The notes under the pieces were generated by a model. That model was not told where the DNA came from. It saw only the letters and a program-made list of their open reading frames with translations, and made no database searches. Shown here piece after piece: positions 11,601 through 25,518 of a DNA stretch of 64,000 nucleotides. The first letter of the stretch is position 1; every line of letters begins with the position of its first letter. This DNA comes from Anthoceros angustus (lineage: Eukaryota; Plantae; Anthocerotophyta). Location: the NCBI GenBank assembly GCA_010909165.1, contig VJWM01000016.1, positions 248,001-312,000 on the forward strand, read 5' to 3'. The position numbers were made by a program, and so were the translations under genes.

Positions 11601-13849
11601 TATATGTAAATAACATAATTATTTAAGTTTTATATTCTTTTTATAGTAATCTATATTGAGTACAAACTTTAAAAATAACCTTTTCATGGAAGTTTTCATG
11701 CATTTTTCTGACATGAATGCTCTCAACAACACATATGTTTGAGAAGGAGCGGTTGGATTGAATGGTGGTGAGTATGGCCTGCGAACAAGCGTGAGTTATG
11801 GCGGGTTCGACGCCTTGAACCGCATCCGCAACAATGCTCGGATGTTGCTCACCTTGGATGAGAAGAACACCGTCGTATCTTGATGAATACACTCCCGTCG
11901 GATGAATGTGTCTCACCGAATAACCAATTGTCTGCAGGTTGTGCTTGTGTGGGACCGTGTCGAAGAGATTCGTGAAGAGCTCGGCCTAATTAGCTAATTT
12001 GAGATGGGATGGGAACATTGCAATCATCGACCCTCCTGCATTTGGCGTACAAAGGAAAGCAAGGCCATGATCACATGTCATCCATTCGGAGAAAATACAG
12101 GCTCGATGAAGTGGATAGTCACCGCCGCCCGCGGACTGTGCCCGATCTGCGAAGTTTTCTCCTCGAACTCTTCCACCGCCCACGTGCGAGCTCATGAAAA
12201 CGCTTCGTGGCCTCACAGGTGAAAGGCTTCCAAAACTGCGCCGCCATCCGGACTCGGACTCCACATCATCGCCACCGAGTGACAGTTCCAACTTCCAACA
12301 CACCGCCTTCCACGCCACCGATACAAGATACATGGCGAGGGAAATGGCGTAATCCATGGTTACGCTTGCAATCGCTATGAGTCGTGTCGTTGCCACGCTT
12401 ACAAGCGTCGCCAACATTACGGATGAAGACGAGGCCCGTACAAGGTGGACAAGGCGCAAGGATCGGAACCCATCACCCACTACTTGTTGGAAGGTTAGTG
12501 CGTACTCCGGATCTGGATCATTCCAAAACTCCTCTCGGACAGCCATCGGATCGATGGTCTTGAAACGTGTTTGAATCTCGAGCTCCACCGGCTACTTCCA
12601 GTGGTCATGTGACTTGCTCTCGAAACATATATTATACATGTGCCAAAAGATTGAATATACAGGTAGTTGATAATATAGACTAGATCGGGCCCTGACCTCT
12701 AAAGAAACTTGGGACACTTACAAGTTAAGGCTGAGTGCGACTTCGTTATGGAATACGATCTAAATCGGAAGCCCTTTAGGGTTTTTTCCATTAGACCAAA
12801 GAAGTTTTCCGCATCGGTAGAAAACTCTGGTCTCCCTTGACGACATCGGTCGTGCCCTCGTGTCCCGATCTCGTCACTAAGCATGTGGTGTCCGGGAATC
12901 TTTTGTGGTTGTGACACACAATGTTTTCGTTTTAGGTGTGAGGGCATGGGCCATCGGACATCCATTCGCATGACCCCATCTGCCCGTCAGTTTGCCATCA
13001 CGAAACCGTCACGGGGCTTTATGGGAGATAGCGTGGAGGGCACAAGGGCTGTATGCGCGGGGCATACGAGCCCTGTGCTGATAAGCGTCAGGCGCCATAT
13101 GCGCCTCGCGGCGCGCTATCGCCATCCGGCGTCGTGCGCTGAGGCCAGCCATACGGGCCTCGCGGTGGCGCACACCATCTTCACACACAGACTTTACATT
13201 CCACCACAACAAAGCCACCCGGGCTCAACTCTCAAAGGCGAGCAAACAAATCCAAATTGTCACGCTCCCGGTGTCATGGTGAGCGCACAAAATCACCGCT
13301 CGGTCATGGTGGCGCTGGCTCACCACTCCACACCTAGCTCACTCCGGAAGAACCGTCTGGGGCCACACGCCTCACACCTCGTGCACCATAGACCCGGGGT
13401 GATGGCCGTCCACGCCCAGGGGTGGCTTGACCTCCTCCATGGAGGTATTCGGGCAATCGTCCACGCTCCTGCACTCCCTGCAGTGTTGTTAGTGCCATGT
13501 GCACCGATACATGTCGGGAGGAAGTCCATGTCCTGCAATCCCTTTGCATATGCATTGTCCTCGCCATCTGCGGTTCTGCACATGCCACGATTCGATTCCC
13601 GTGCACGCATATGGCGTGGATGCGCCCCCGCCTCCACAATCTTGTAACTGCGGACAAAATAAATGACGGGCGACTGCGATTTGCTCACCGCTCGGCAATT
13701 CTCTGGTGGTGGCATCTCGGGGCCACGTTTTGTGCATCTTGAGGCCACCACATCGAACTCCTCGCCATCGTCCTCCTCACCCCCATATGCGGGTGGTCGC
13801 ACCCACCCTTGTAGTCGACCTTCTTCTTGGAATGCGATTGCGAGGCACA

Positions 13850-14700
13850 TGGCGGGAATGTCCTGTCGGCTGCCACGATCTTCCGCACCGGTGCCTATTC
13901 CATACACCTCCAGCGCTCGAGCTCAGCCCCTCATCGTGGGCATGAAGGTCACGTCGAGGGAATGGATGTGCCGAGGTTGGTGATGTCGATTCGTTGCTCC
14001 TCACCATATCCATCATGTACCCTTGTAGAGGAACGCCCACTTCTCTCCCAAGGACCGCGGAAATGCTCAATCCTGCAACAATCCGCATTCAGCTTCACGG
14101 TTCATTGCGGACAAGGAAAGCAGACCAAGCACCAAACTTTTACAGTTGTGCACGGAGGGCGCGGATGAAGTTGCTTCCATGTGCCCTTGGCCTCGCTCGG
14201 TTCATATCTGCCTCTATCGGGTTGTGCTCTGCTGCGTGTCAGGCCAGAATCCTGCGGATGCCCAAACTTCCTCACTTCCACATAGGCGTTGAAAATCGTC
14301 GTTCCCGCTTGTTATCCTCGGTACCAACGAGGGGCGTAATGGGTTGCCCCATCTATGGCCCCATGGACTCACAGTAGAATTGGTACATCTTGTCATAACT
14401 GCGCAGCAACGCGACCCCGTCACGATTGCGGTCACAACTCACTGCAATCACTTCTTCCCCGCGAACTGCGAACATCGCCGACCCCCGCATCACGCACTTA
14501 CAATCCATATGCCACATGAACATGGGTGTCGCATTGAATTATCTTGGGCCGGCGGATCGCCTTATCGGCCATGTATATGTGCTCATCATCTGCGCCTCCG
14601 TGACCCTCCTAGGGATTTCGATTCCATCCGATTGCACTCTGCACGAATCAGATAAATATTCACGGGTGTCTTAGGGTGATGGGTGTGTGTGTAACTGCCA
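13850..14700 (-). pseudogene. IS3EU-like DDE transposase (rva_4-type integrase core) with introns, degenerate
   Basis: Manual translation gives VQSDGIEIPRRV..PMFMWHMD [gtaagt..cag intron] YDKM..VHGAIDGATHY..KFGHP..SVHN [intron] RIEHF..TFMP..WNRH. This is collinear with the WHxDG..HGxIDG..SVHNxRIE..WNxH signature. Confidence 0.75.
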
Positions 14701-14994
14701 AGACACCTCCTCCACGGACAACCTCCCATACACCCGCGCCATGCCGTGTGCGTCACGGGGGCCGTCACAGGTGCTCAAGCTGCGACCTAGCTCCGTCGGT
14801 AGGCCTTTCAATGGCCTCACCTTTGCTGATCTTTGGGCCAGCCAAATCGTACACGGTTTGCGGTGTAAGGCCTTGTGGCGCGCGGCCAGCTTGGCGTCTC
14901 GATGCACCCTTCACCTCCCCTTCAGCCCCTCGTGTCCCACACATTTGCTCGCCACAGTGCACGAGTGTTCACCGTCGCATCTTGATGGGCTTCA

Positions 14995-15366
14995 CATCCG
15001 CAGTCGGATAAATGCACAGTGTGAGCGGACAAGCGGACAAGCCGGCTTGATGATAGATGCTAGCTATGTGATCGTTAGCTAAGGCAGGAGGCTAAGCGTG
15101 GGAAGGCAGCGACAGGCGAACTAGGGCGCATTAGGGCTGGTTGAGGCAAATAGGCCAACCCGCGGTTAAATGGAAGTCGATTAGGCTAACCTAGATGACA
15201 CTAACCTAGCTAACTAGCCAGCAGACTGAACAGTCAAGGAGAAAAGGACACGTGCAGACGGGAGGCGGAGGCTACTTGACCCGCTCCCAAGAATCAAGAC
15301 GGCCCCTCGCATTCCATCCATGGCCGCGCCCGTGTCTTGGTCTCCGTCTCAGGAATGCCGATTACA
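14995..15366 (+). repeat. 5' LTR (~372 bp; 5' TG end degenerate)
   Basis: tcggataaatgc...ggaatgccgattaca matches 22255-22628. Confidence 0.85.
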
Positions 15367-15369
15367 TCT

Positions 15370-15380
15370 TGGTATCGAGC
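15370..15380 (+). promoter_or_regulatory. Primer binding site, tRNA-iMet type
   Basis: tggtatcgagc, 3 nt after the LTR ...CA; one base short of TGGTATCAGAGC. Confidence 0.75.
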
Positions 15381-16576
15381 GGGGCCAGTCTTCGATCAAT
15401 GGATCCGAATAGCCGCCGAATGGATCGACGGCGATTTGGGCGACGGAAGAACACTCGTCGAGTGGGGAAGTGAGCTAGGGGCGAAGGAATGTGGGCGAGG
15501 CTGTGGCGGGAAGTTGTTATTCGGTGAGATGGATGGCGGTGTGGGGACAAGAGCCGCAGGACCTTTGAAGGTGCGGGAGGCGTTTGCTCGAGGTCAAGTG
15601 AGTGCAAGGCGTTGGTGGTAGAGGATTGGGATCGACGTGGAAGAACGATGGGGAATTCATTGCGGATCGTCAAGAAGGAAGGAAAAGCTGGAAAGAAAGG
15701 CAAGGAGGGACAAAAGAAGTGTTGGTTGGAGGAGGGCAGCGAGATTGTAATACCTTTCGGATTGATCAATGCGCCTACAATGATTCGAGAAGGTGTGTTT
15801 GCTTGAGCACAATCCTTGCTTTATGGCGCCTCTAGACGCAAGATAGAGTAAGAGGCCTCCGAGGCCGGTAGCTCCGACAATCATGTCGTGTAAGCCAGCC
15901 CGGTTGCTCAAACTTGGCTTCTTGTGAGCACTGTGCAAGGCAGAGACGATTCTTGAATAGCTTGTAGAGGAGCTGAGCGGAGCGGAGCTTGGTGTCCGAA
16001 ATGCCAATGAATGTGTCGGTAGCGAATTTGCCATTCCACATGCATGAGAAGCAATCGGTCGGTTTCCTTTGTGACCACGGTTTTCAGACTGTGGGTGTTT
16101 CGATCGACCATTGATCAATACACGTGTGAGAGAGCAATTCCGTTATTCGTGATGGTCAAACACGTTGAGCACGCAAGAATGCGAGAACATCCGATTGATC
16201 TTGGAGGATACGGAGTCAACATTTGTGAGGCAGTGGTGGTGACTGGTCATTGTGACTAGCCTTGCTACATGTGCGAGAGGCGAACCGGCGATTACGTAGT
16301 AGAGACTGGCGATTTTGCGGTGAAGCGACATGGATAGCGACACCGTCTCCTCGGTGCGGAGAACAAGATCCTTGGGCGATGTGAACCCGACTCCGGATGA
16401 GCCTCCAACCCTTCAAGGTGTGAGGTCGAGGCGGGCTGGCGGCGGCGGCGTTAAGAAAAGCGGTAGGAAGCGGGTTGAATGTGATCACGAGATGCTACAC
16501 GTCGAGCGGTCAGCGGAAGAGAAGGAATGTGGTAGAGGAAGGAGAGGTCGACTGTGCCTACTCAAGGAGTTGCGAA

Positions 16577-19500
16577 ATGGCACATGTGCCTGCTCAAAAT
16601 ATGAATGATGATGCGGATGTGGATGTGGATCTTGCACGTGAGTTGGAGGTGCGAGCCCGTGTGGAAGCGAATTCCGGATGATTCTTCAACGCACCTTGCG
16701 GAGAAAACCTGAGAAAATTGATGGCGAATTCTTGGCTCAGTCTTGAAAGGAGATGGCCCTCGAGAGATGTTCTTTGCAAGGAGGAATTCAACGTCCGATT
16801 GGACAAGGCGTGAGGCGCCATTACCTATGCCAAGATATGTCAAGAGCGAGCCAATTCCAAATCGTGAAGCCGAGAGAAGAGTCGAGAGGGTAGCTAACGT
16901 GGCATTACGGAGAACTTGAAGGGCTTGTCAACATAACCACGTAACCCACCCGGGGCCTGGTGCGAGACTCCCTCGTAACTCTAAAAGCAGTTCGGATTGA
17001 GGTCTAGGTGAAGAAGAGCAAAGTGACCCACGCATAGGCGACATGGCCCGAGGTGCAAGTTGCAAGACATGAACGGGCTCAAGCAGGCAGTTCAAGAACA
17101 AGCGAAAGGGAGGCGAGCATTCGATGAGGGTCCAGAGCCTACCAAGAACGGCGATTTGAGGAAGAGAGCCAAGTTTGAGACACGAAATCAAGATAGGAGT
17201 CCTACAAAGCGCAAGAGTGGACTCAAGCTTTCTCGGTATATTTTGAAGCGGTGAAAATGATCGAGAAAGAAAATCGATCTCGTGCACATTATACCGATCA
17301 TTTGGCGAGGCGTGGTGGGAGAATAGAAGAGAAGCCAAAGGGGAGAAGCCACGTCCTCTCATGGGAAGTGATGAAGGCGAGTCCTCCAAAATTTTCGCCC
17401 AAGGACCACAAGGAACGTTGCTGGTCGGCATGGTATGCCCTCAAGCATACAGCTCCTTAGAGGAATTTCACTTGAGTTTCATGAAAACCATGCTCAAGTT
17501 ACGACTTGGAGCAAGAAGCCAAGTTAGCTAGATATTGTGATCTTTGTGAAGCCGAGTATAAGTTGGGAATTAAACATCAACGTTGCTCAGCTTGAAGAGG
17601 CCATGCGGTGCCATGGATATAGAAAATTATAGCGTGAAAACGTTAGCTCCAGCCGATGGCGTGCAGGTGCAAGGAGGGTACGGACCTTACCAAGCAAAGT
17701 ATAGTGGCCAGCACACATGGAAGCCAAGGTCGAGCACACGAGCCACGTGCGTCAACCAGCGGAGGCGCCGATTGAATTCAAACAAAGAGAGGCGAAAGGA
17801 GAAGAAGGAATTCATGACGAAGGCCTATGCTTCATTTGCGTTGCCCCGATCACATATCCGGACCATCCATATGGAGCCTTATACGGCAAGTGGTGAGAGC
17901 AAGGAAGAGCACCATTGGCCTGCAGAGGACAAGGCTGTCACGCCTTTGGATAGATTGGACAGAAATCGATCCAATGTCATGACAGAAGAACAAAGGAGTA
18001 GAGATCGGGACTGACAATGAGCAAGAAAGGTCCAAGTGTTATGAACACCTCAAGCACGGATCGGAGTTGAGGGATTGTTGGGAGGCAAACGAGTCACTTT
18101 CTTAGTGGATGGAGGATCCTCACACAGTAAGAGCGAGATGTGGCCAAGGACGCCCGAAGCCATGTGGTATAGCACACAAACACAATGAATGAAGTTAGCC
18201 AATGGCATGGTGGAGAAGGTAACCTTACGAAATTCGACCAGCATCAATATTCAGGATACGGCGGTCGGACTTGAGGTTATCGATGCTCTAGCACATGAAG
18301 TGCTCTTGGGGCAAGATTGGTTGTGGAAGGTGGACCCCAACATCTCGTTCAGAAGCACGAAATAGCGTTGCAATGGCAAGGCAAAGAGTTGAAGTTGCAA
18401 GGAGCCTCCTTGCGATCGAAGGACAAGTTGTTCTCAACAAGAAATGCTAGGAGGGCACTCAAAAGAGGAAGTTGGAGTATCTGCTTTCTCTGATTGTTGC
18501 CAAGTAGAGCACGTACAAATTGGTCACCAGTGGGAGAGGTACCTTCGAGTTGCAAGAAGTCTTGGACGCCTTTGAAGATGTCTTCTCGAGATGCTGCCCC
18601 AAGGAGAGACGTAGATCACGCTATAGACAGTGGCGGAGTGCCCCATACAGGCTTGCTCCAGCTGAGAACATGCAGGTCCAAGCAGCAGTAGATAGCTTGT
18701 TAAAGAAAGGGTTAGTGGAGCCATCTGTATCACCATATGCTACACCAGTGCTCATCGTGAAACATAGAAACGGCAAAATCCGCATGTGCATTGACTATAG
18801 GGGTCTGAATGCAACAACTGTCAAGAATCGCTTCCAAATGCCAAGAATAGAAGAGATACTTGACAACCTAGTAGGCGCCAAGATTTTCAGCAAGGTTAAT
18901 CTTGAGCTTTCACCGAACTGGTCGGGCTGGAGATGAGTATAAAAGCGCATTTCGGACGAGTGCGGCCACTTTCAGTTCACGGTGTTGCCTTCGGCATGAC
19001 AAATGCACCAGCAACCTTCAGCGCTCATGACCAAGATATTGCGGCCCTACCTCGGGAAATTTGTAGAAGTTTTCGTTGATGATATCTTAGTGTACTCAAG
19101 GATGCCCCGGAGCATAAGCAACACCTAGTATTAGTGCTCACAGCCCTGAGAGAACACCAATTGTATGCAAGGAAAGCAAAGTGCGAGTTCTTCCGGAAGA
19201 AGGTAAACTACCTTGGGTTCATCGTCTCGGTGGCGTAGAGGTGGATCCGAAAGGTGCGTTGCATTGTGGAGTGGCCTTGCTTATGACTTGTCCGAGGTGC
19301 GCAATTCTTAGGCATGTGTGTACAAATGAGGAGTTTCATACCACAATGTCTGCGAAGATAGCGGTCTGCGTGACAAACTTGACTTGCAAGGCATCCAAGT
19401 TTCCAATGTCGGAAGAGGCCAAAGTGGCATTTCAGCGGATGAAGAAAGCGGTGACAAGTCGCTATTCTTACCTTGCCGGATATGGAGAAGCCATTTGTGG

Positions 19501-22215
19501 TAGGAAGCGCATCAAATCTAGCCCTAGGTGCCGATCAACAAGATGGAAAGAGTGTAAGTTTCCTATCAAGGAAACTCCAAAGGCGCGATGCAATTACACA
19601 ACTCACGATAAGGAGCTTCCGTGGTTTATGCACTAAAAGCTTGGAGACATTACCTCTATGGGAGTGAGTTTGTGGTATACATGCACCATCGTAGCTTGGA
19701 GCATTTTTTCAAGCAACCTTTGTTGAACCCGGACAACGAAGGTGGCGAGTACACAGCGATTTCCACTTCACGATCTCCTACTCCCGTAAGGCAAATTTAA
19801 TTGATGCTCGGCGGAAGAAGGTGTAGTGTCTTTTCAGTGGAGTCCGACATGTGGAAGGAGGTGAGGGAGTCGACCAGAAAGATGAGCATTTGAGTAACAT
19901 CCTCGCAAGTTGGAGGGCGTGTCACTCTTGGCGAGACCCTCGAGCTTGAGGGATACAAGACTCATCAAGGCATCTATATAGAAAGGGAAGCTTTGCATAC
20001 CCGCATGTTGCTCAAGCTTGAAGCTAACCTTGCTCCATGATGCACATGATGCTCCTGCCAGGCACATGGGCATGGATGAGAACACGCGGTTGAAGGAACA
20101 TGTGTGGTGGAAGGGCATGCGGCGAGTGTATAGAGTATGTAAGAACATGCTTACCTTGTCGACAAGCGAAGGTTGAAAGGAAGTCTCCGATGGGACTCTT
20201 GATGCGGCCAAGTCCCTTGCAGTGGCAAAGCATGTCATGCGATTTCGTGACTTGCCTTCCCAAGACTCGAAGAGGAAATGACGCCATCCGGTTTGCATGG
20301 ACGAGCTACTAAATTGGCTCACTTTATTCCGGTGAAGGGTACTATAAAGGCCAAGTCATTAGCTCCCATTTTCCTCAAGGAAGTAGTGAGGCGCAGGGTG
20401 CCACAGGAGATAGTGAGCGATCGAGATTCCAAGTTCACATCGAGTTTTGACCGCTCGCAAGAGCCTAGGCATCAAGCAATGTCGAGCTCGGTACCATGCA
20501 CAATCGATGGAGCCAGTGAGAAGTTGAACGGACCATGGAGGACTTGCTCGGACCTTACGCCATGACAAGCGAGCAAGTGGGAAGAAGTGCTGCCCTTGGT
20601 GGAGTTTGCCTACAACTGCAAAGCATTCGAAGCAGGATACTCACCCTTCAAAATGATTTATGGCAAGAACTTGCCCCTCGGTCTGTGGCCAGTGTTGGGT
20701 GGCGAGCCAAAGTCGGTGGCGGAGCTAAGTGAAGAGATGCATGAAGCCCTTAACGATGCCATCCTGCGTATGCAAGTCGTGAATCGACCCGGCGCACATG
20801 CCAACAAGAAGAGCGATGAAAGACGAGGTAGGAGATCTCTGCATCTGAGAGTCAAGCCAAATCGTTACTCCGTGCAGAAGGTAAGGCAAAGTTGGCATCA
20901 CAGTGCGTGGGACCTTTTGCCGTAAGTAAGAAAATTCTGCGATTGCTTACCAACTCGACTTGCCCGATCCGAAGATGTGCCGATTTTCATGTGTCCTTGC
21001 TTAAGAAGTTTGTGGGAGCCTCCACAGCGAAGTTCTGAGCGATGGACCCACCGGCCAAGCATCGGCTAAGAAGAGCGCAACATCGGCCGATGGAGGGAAA
21101 TGCGGTGTTGCAACTGAATTTCTGACTAGGAGAGAAGGACCCAACCCGCGGTGGCAGGCTAGCCGAAGAAGGAGGAGGGAAGAGTGCGGCAACTTGCCGA
21201 GAAGACGCAAGTTCAAGCGGTGACCAGCTCATCTTCGGCAGCGAGATTCTCGGCGTCGGGGAGGCGAGTGTTGCGGCGGGACCGTGAAGGAATACTTGGT
21301 GGGCAGGAGGCGACCATCAAGAGGACCCGAGTTGGGAAACCAAGCCTTCATCGAAACTTTTCAACACCTCGGCAAACCCAAAGCGGAGAATGAAGAACGA
21401 GGCCCTCGATGCTCGCTAGAGGAAGGAAGAGGATGTCACGATCGGATAAATGCGGTGTGAGCGGACAAGCGGACAAGCCGACTTGATGATAGATGCTAGC
21501 TATGTGATGTTGGCTAGGCAGATGCCGGAGCTAAGTGAAGAGATGCATGAAGCCCTTAACGATGCCATCCTGCGTATGCAAGTCGTGAATCGACGAGCCG
21601 CACATGCCAACAAGAAGAGCGATGAGCACGGTAGGAGATCTCGTGCAGGCGAGTCAAGCCAAATCGTTACTCCGTCGCAAGAAGGTAAGGCAAAGTTGGC
21701 ATATCTGATGCGTGGGACCTTTTCGTAAGTAAGAAAATTTCTGCGATTGCTTACCAACTCGACTTGCCCGATCCGAAGATGTGCCGATTTTCATGTGTCC
21801 TTGCTTAAGAAGTTTGTGGGAGAGCCTCCACAGAAGTTCCTAGACGATGGACCCACCGGCCAAGCATCGCTAAGAAGAGCGCAACATCGGCCGATGGAGG
21901 GAAATGCGGTGTTGCAACTTTGAATTTCTGACTAGGAGAGAAGGACCCAACCGTGCCAAGCAGTAGCCAGGCTAGCCAGAAGAAGGAGGAGGGAAGGGAG
22001 TGCAGCAACTTGCCGAGAAGACGCAAGTTCAAGCCAGGTGACCAGCTCATCTTCTAGCCCGAAGAGATTCTCGACGTCAGAGAGCGAGTGTTGCGAGGCA
22101 GGACCGTGAAGGAATACTTGGTGAGATGGGAGGGCGACCATCAAGAGGACCCGAGTTGGGAAACCAAGCCTTCATCGAAACTTTTCAACACCTCGGCAAA
22201 CCCAAAGGAGAATGA
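16577..22215 (+). pseudogene. gag-pol polyprotein (fragmented)
   Basis: Protease FLVDGGSSH (~18100); RT SPYATPVLIVK..RMCIDYRGLN and FVDDILVYS (~19070); RNase H NYTTHDKEL; integrase HD..CLPCRQAK..CDFVT..IVSDRDSKFTS..LPLVEFAYN; chromodomain EEILDVR..KEYLVRWEG...PSWE (~22060-22165). Confidence 0.9.
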
Positions 22216-22345
22216 AGCGAGGCCCTCCGATGCTCGCTAGAGGAAGGAAGAGGATGTCACGATCGGATAAATGCGGTGTGAGCGGACAAGGTGACAAGCC
22301 CGGCTTGATGATAGATGCTAGCTATGTGATCGATGGCTAGGCTGA
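20720..22345 (+). repeat. ~805-bp tandem duplication of the integrase C-terminus, chromodomain, PPT and LTR start
   Basis: ggagctaagtgaagagatgcatgaagcc at ~20721 and ~21527; PPT+tgtcacgatcggataaatg at 21434 and 22255. Confidence 0.9.
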
Positions 22346-22628
22346 GCTAGCGTGGGAAGGCAGCAGCGGACTAGGCGCGCATTAGGAAGCTGGTTGAGGC
22401 AAATAGGCCAACCACGGTTAAATGGAAGTCGATTAGGCTAACCTAGATGACACTAACCTAGCTAGCTAGTAACTGCACTCAACCCCTCAAGGAGAAAAGG
22501 ACACGTGCACGGACAGGAGCGGAGGCTACTTCAGCCCGCTCCCAAGAATCAAGACGGCCCCCTCTCGCATTCCATCCTGCAGCGCCCTTCGTGTCTTGGT
22601 CTCCTGTCTCCGAGGAATGCCGATTACA
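22255..22628 (+). repeat. 3' LTR (TGT...ACA), preceded by PPT agaggaaggaagagga
   Basis: Canonical ends; PPT at 22239-22254. Confidence 0.9.
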
Positions 22629-23179
22629 CTTCCGCCATGTCCTCTTGATGCAGCCCGTGCTGGCGCACTGCCCACCCTCTTCCTCCTTCGTCCGCCTGGC
22701 CTGCAAGGCCGCCGCGCGGCGCGTCCATGGGCACCCTTCACAGCCGTTCTTTGCCCCAGGTGATGGCCAAGGTGCAGAGTTCGGTGGCCTCAACACCTTC
22801 CAGACCTGGCGCCGCCTACTTCCTCCAGTGGGAGCGCTTTTTCCTTGCCCATGCGCCTTCCTCCCAGTTCAAACCCCAAATGCACCTCGCACTGCACAGC
22901 CGGCGCCGATTACAATCCTCCCTAACACTTTGCGGCCCGAGAAATGGCATGTCCGCAGCCAAGGGTTTCCTACAGGCGGGACGGCTCGATCAGCTGTTAG
23001 CGTATGGCCACTCCGATTTTGTGTTCCACGGGACGGTCCGGCAGTTGAAGCGCTTGCGGGCCGGGGCTTGCACACACCGCTCGCCGAGAGGGATGCCCGC
23101 AGAAGTTCGTCGAAAGCCGTAGCTATCACGGTTCACTTTTGGTTTCCGCGTTTGATTCATTGTTTGAAGTGCAGCCACA

Positions 23180-23720
23180 AGTGCACTGCAGCTCCAGCGT
23201 AACACTTCCAAAGTGTACCACACACGCCGTCTGCTTCGAACATTCTACGATGGGCCGCTTCCTGGCCGTTTAGGCATACACACTTGCTCGTTCCATGCCC
23301 ATGTTCAACCCCCGCCGACAAATGTCGATGGCCTCCGCCTCAATTCATTCTCTTCAGGCGCTTGGCAAACCCGCAAACGATGTAACCGCCTTACCTCAAT
23401 TCGCAGCTTCCACGACGGTCCTCGTGCAAACAAAAGGCATGGGATCTTCCACCATCGTATGCATCCTGCGACCCCCATTGTGTGGCATGCCCCGATGATC
23501 GTGTCACATGCTTCCGGTTTGAATACCCTTCGCTTCGCTGCGAAGTCCAAGTAACAAATGAAATGCTCCCGCTGTACGAACGGCAATGAACGGCGCCCAC
23601 AAAAATTGTGTTGATCCACCTCCCTGGAGGATGCTCAATGCCCACCGCCGAAACGAGCCTCACCGCATATTCCATCGCCGCCGTGGTCCGTCCATCATGT
23701 GACGTCCCCGCCCAACCGCC
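23180..23720 (-). pseudogene. Possible Ulp1/C48 peptidase-like remnant associated with the IS3EU-like element
   Basis: Across frameshifts: TIFVGAVH..EHFICYLDF..RVF and SKQT-GVCG-YTLEVL, resembling the His and Q..G..CG catalytic motifs. Confidence 0.35.
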
Positions 23721-25518
23721 TCACCACTAGCTTCCAACTCCACTTCTCCGATTGCAGGACATCCATCGCTATCATTCCTCTACTGCGACCATAGGGTGCC
23801 ATCCAACCGCCTCCTCCACTTTCGAGCGACGGTGATTGCCGAAAAGGCCCTTCTGTGATCAGAACTCCCAGAAGCCTCCATTGACTTCTCAGAGCATGGT
23901 CATGCGGCGTCCTATCTCGATGGTCGCACGCAGATTGCAATCCTCGTCATCCACAACGGCACCAACGTGCCATGCCAATTCTTTAGCGCGTTCGGCATTC
24001 CGTGCCCCATGCGTTCATGACACCGAGGCACCTTGACTCCACCTCCAACCCACTTCTCGGTGGGCATGGGCCTGTCATCTTCTCACGGCGAAAATGAAAT
24101 CTTTGTGCATGGCGGACAATCACGCAACCTCCAATACCATGAGGACCCATTTCCCGGACCAGCATCGTACCTCACATTTCTCGACCTCCCCGGGCCCCAC
24201 CTCGCTCTACAGTGAGTCGTGGAGTGCATTTGCGGCTCTCCCACTCCCCGGCTCCACGTCGGCCGAGATTCCCAGCCGTCGCTTCCACGGCCTCCTCGCC
24301 ACCGCCCCGTCCCGCATGTGCAGTGATCCTCTTCGCATGGGCGCCTTGGCGAGGGCGGCGTTCGCTCCCTTCGGGGGCAGTCACGCCAAAAGCGGTGCTC
24401 AAGCCCACATCCCTCAACCTCATGCCGGCGCGCTGCACATCGCCGGCCGCCCCTTCCTCCACTTCTCCCATCGCATCCTGCGGCCGGGCGGACCGCACCG
24501 CACCTCGCCGCGATCGTGCGTCCGGTGGCGATCGTCCACGCCACGCTCTCTGTCGTAGCCCGCAAAATCGAATGGATCATACTCACTGCAAACACACAAG
24601 GCTTGTGAGGCTCCCACACAGATGCCGACCGCGCAATGCTTACATTTCTGCTGGAGCCACATAGCACCGCTTGTACATCGTCGTTGTGGGCGGGTACGCC
24701 TCCTTGAGCCGTAACCAAGCATGGCCGTGGGCAATGGAGAACGCCGCCTGTGTGCAATCCACCCTGCAATCAGCGGTTTGAGAATTCATGGGTGACCGTG
24801 AGATGCATCGCGCTCGGGGCCGACCTCCTTTGTCTCCACTTCGGTGCACATCCACGGGATCGGCGTCCACGCCCCTCCCACGGTGGGCGGTCGGTGGATC
24901 ACCGCCGGCCCGTGCCACTCCACCTTCCGTTCGGACGGCCGCACGGATGTCCATGGCGTCCTCCCACTCGCCTCCCCTCCTCCCCTCTTTCCTCGCGATT
25001 GCTCCCTTCCTGCGCGCCGCGTGCCGCGCCCCTCCTCCTCCACCGCCTCCCGTTTGAGCGCACAGCGGGCATGCTTTCATTGTGCACGGAATCATAGGTC
25101 CACTGCAGCGGCCTCGGGATCGTCGAGATCCCCGGCGGTGCTTTACTCCGCCTCCTCCCATCGCATCCCGCATCCATGCCGCTGCGGGCATATGCCAACA
25201 TGTGGAGTCGCCGCACCCGCCAGGTCGGCGATGCGATGCTACTGACCTCAAATTTCTGGCGTGCATTTTCGAAACATTGAGTGCCATGCGCCGCGCGCGC
25301 ACTCCCTGCGATCCGCGCTGCGAGTGCAACGATGCCATGCGGTACTGCGCTACTCAAATTTCTGCGTGCATTTTTTCAAACATTGATGCCGCGCGCGCGC
25401 GCACTCCACAGCGATCCGCCTTTCGGGCGGTTGCACCTACGAGCGGCTGCTGCGCGCATCGCGCCGCCTCGCAACCCGCGAAATCACATCGCAGTTCCAA
25501 TTACATGAACCGCATGGC

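Larger units (their letters stand above)
14995..22628 (+). mobile_element. Ty3/gypsy LTR retrotransposon, chromovirus, full length but frameshifted
   Basis: LTR pair, PBS, PPT, and gag-PR-RT-RH-INT-chromodomain in gypsy order; possible TSD CTTC(A/C). Confidence 0.92.
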
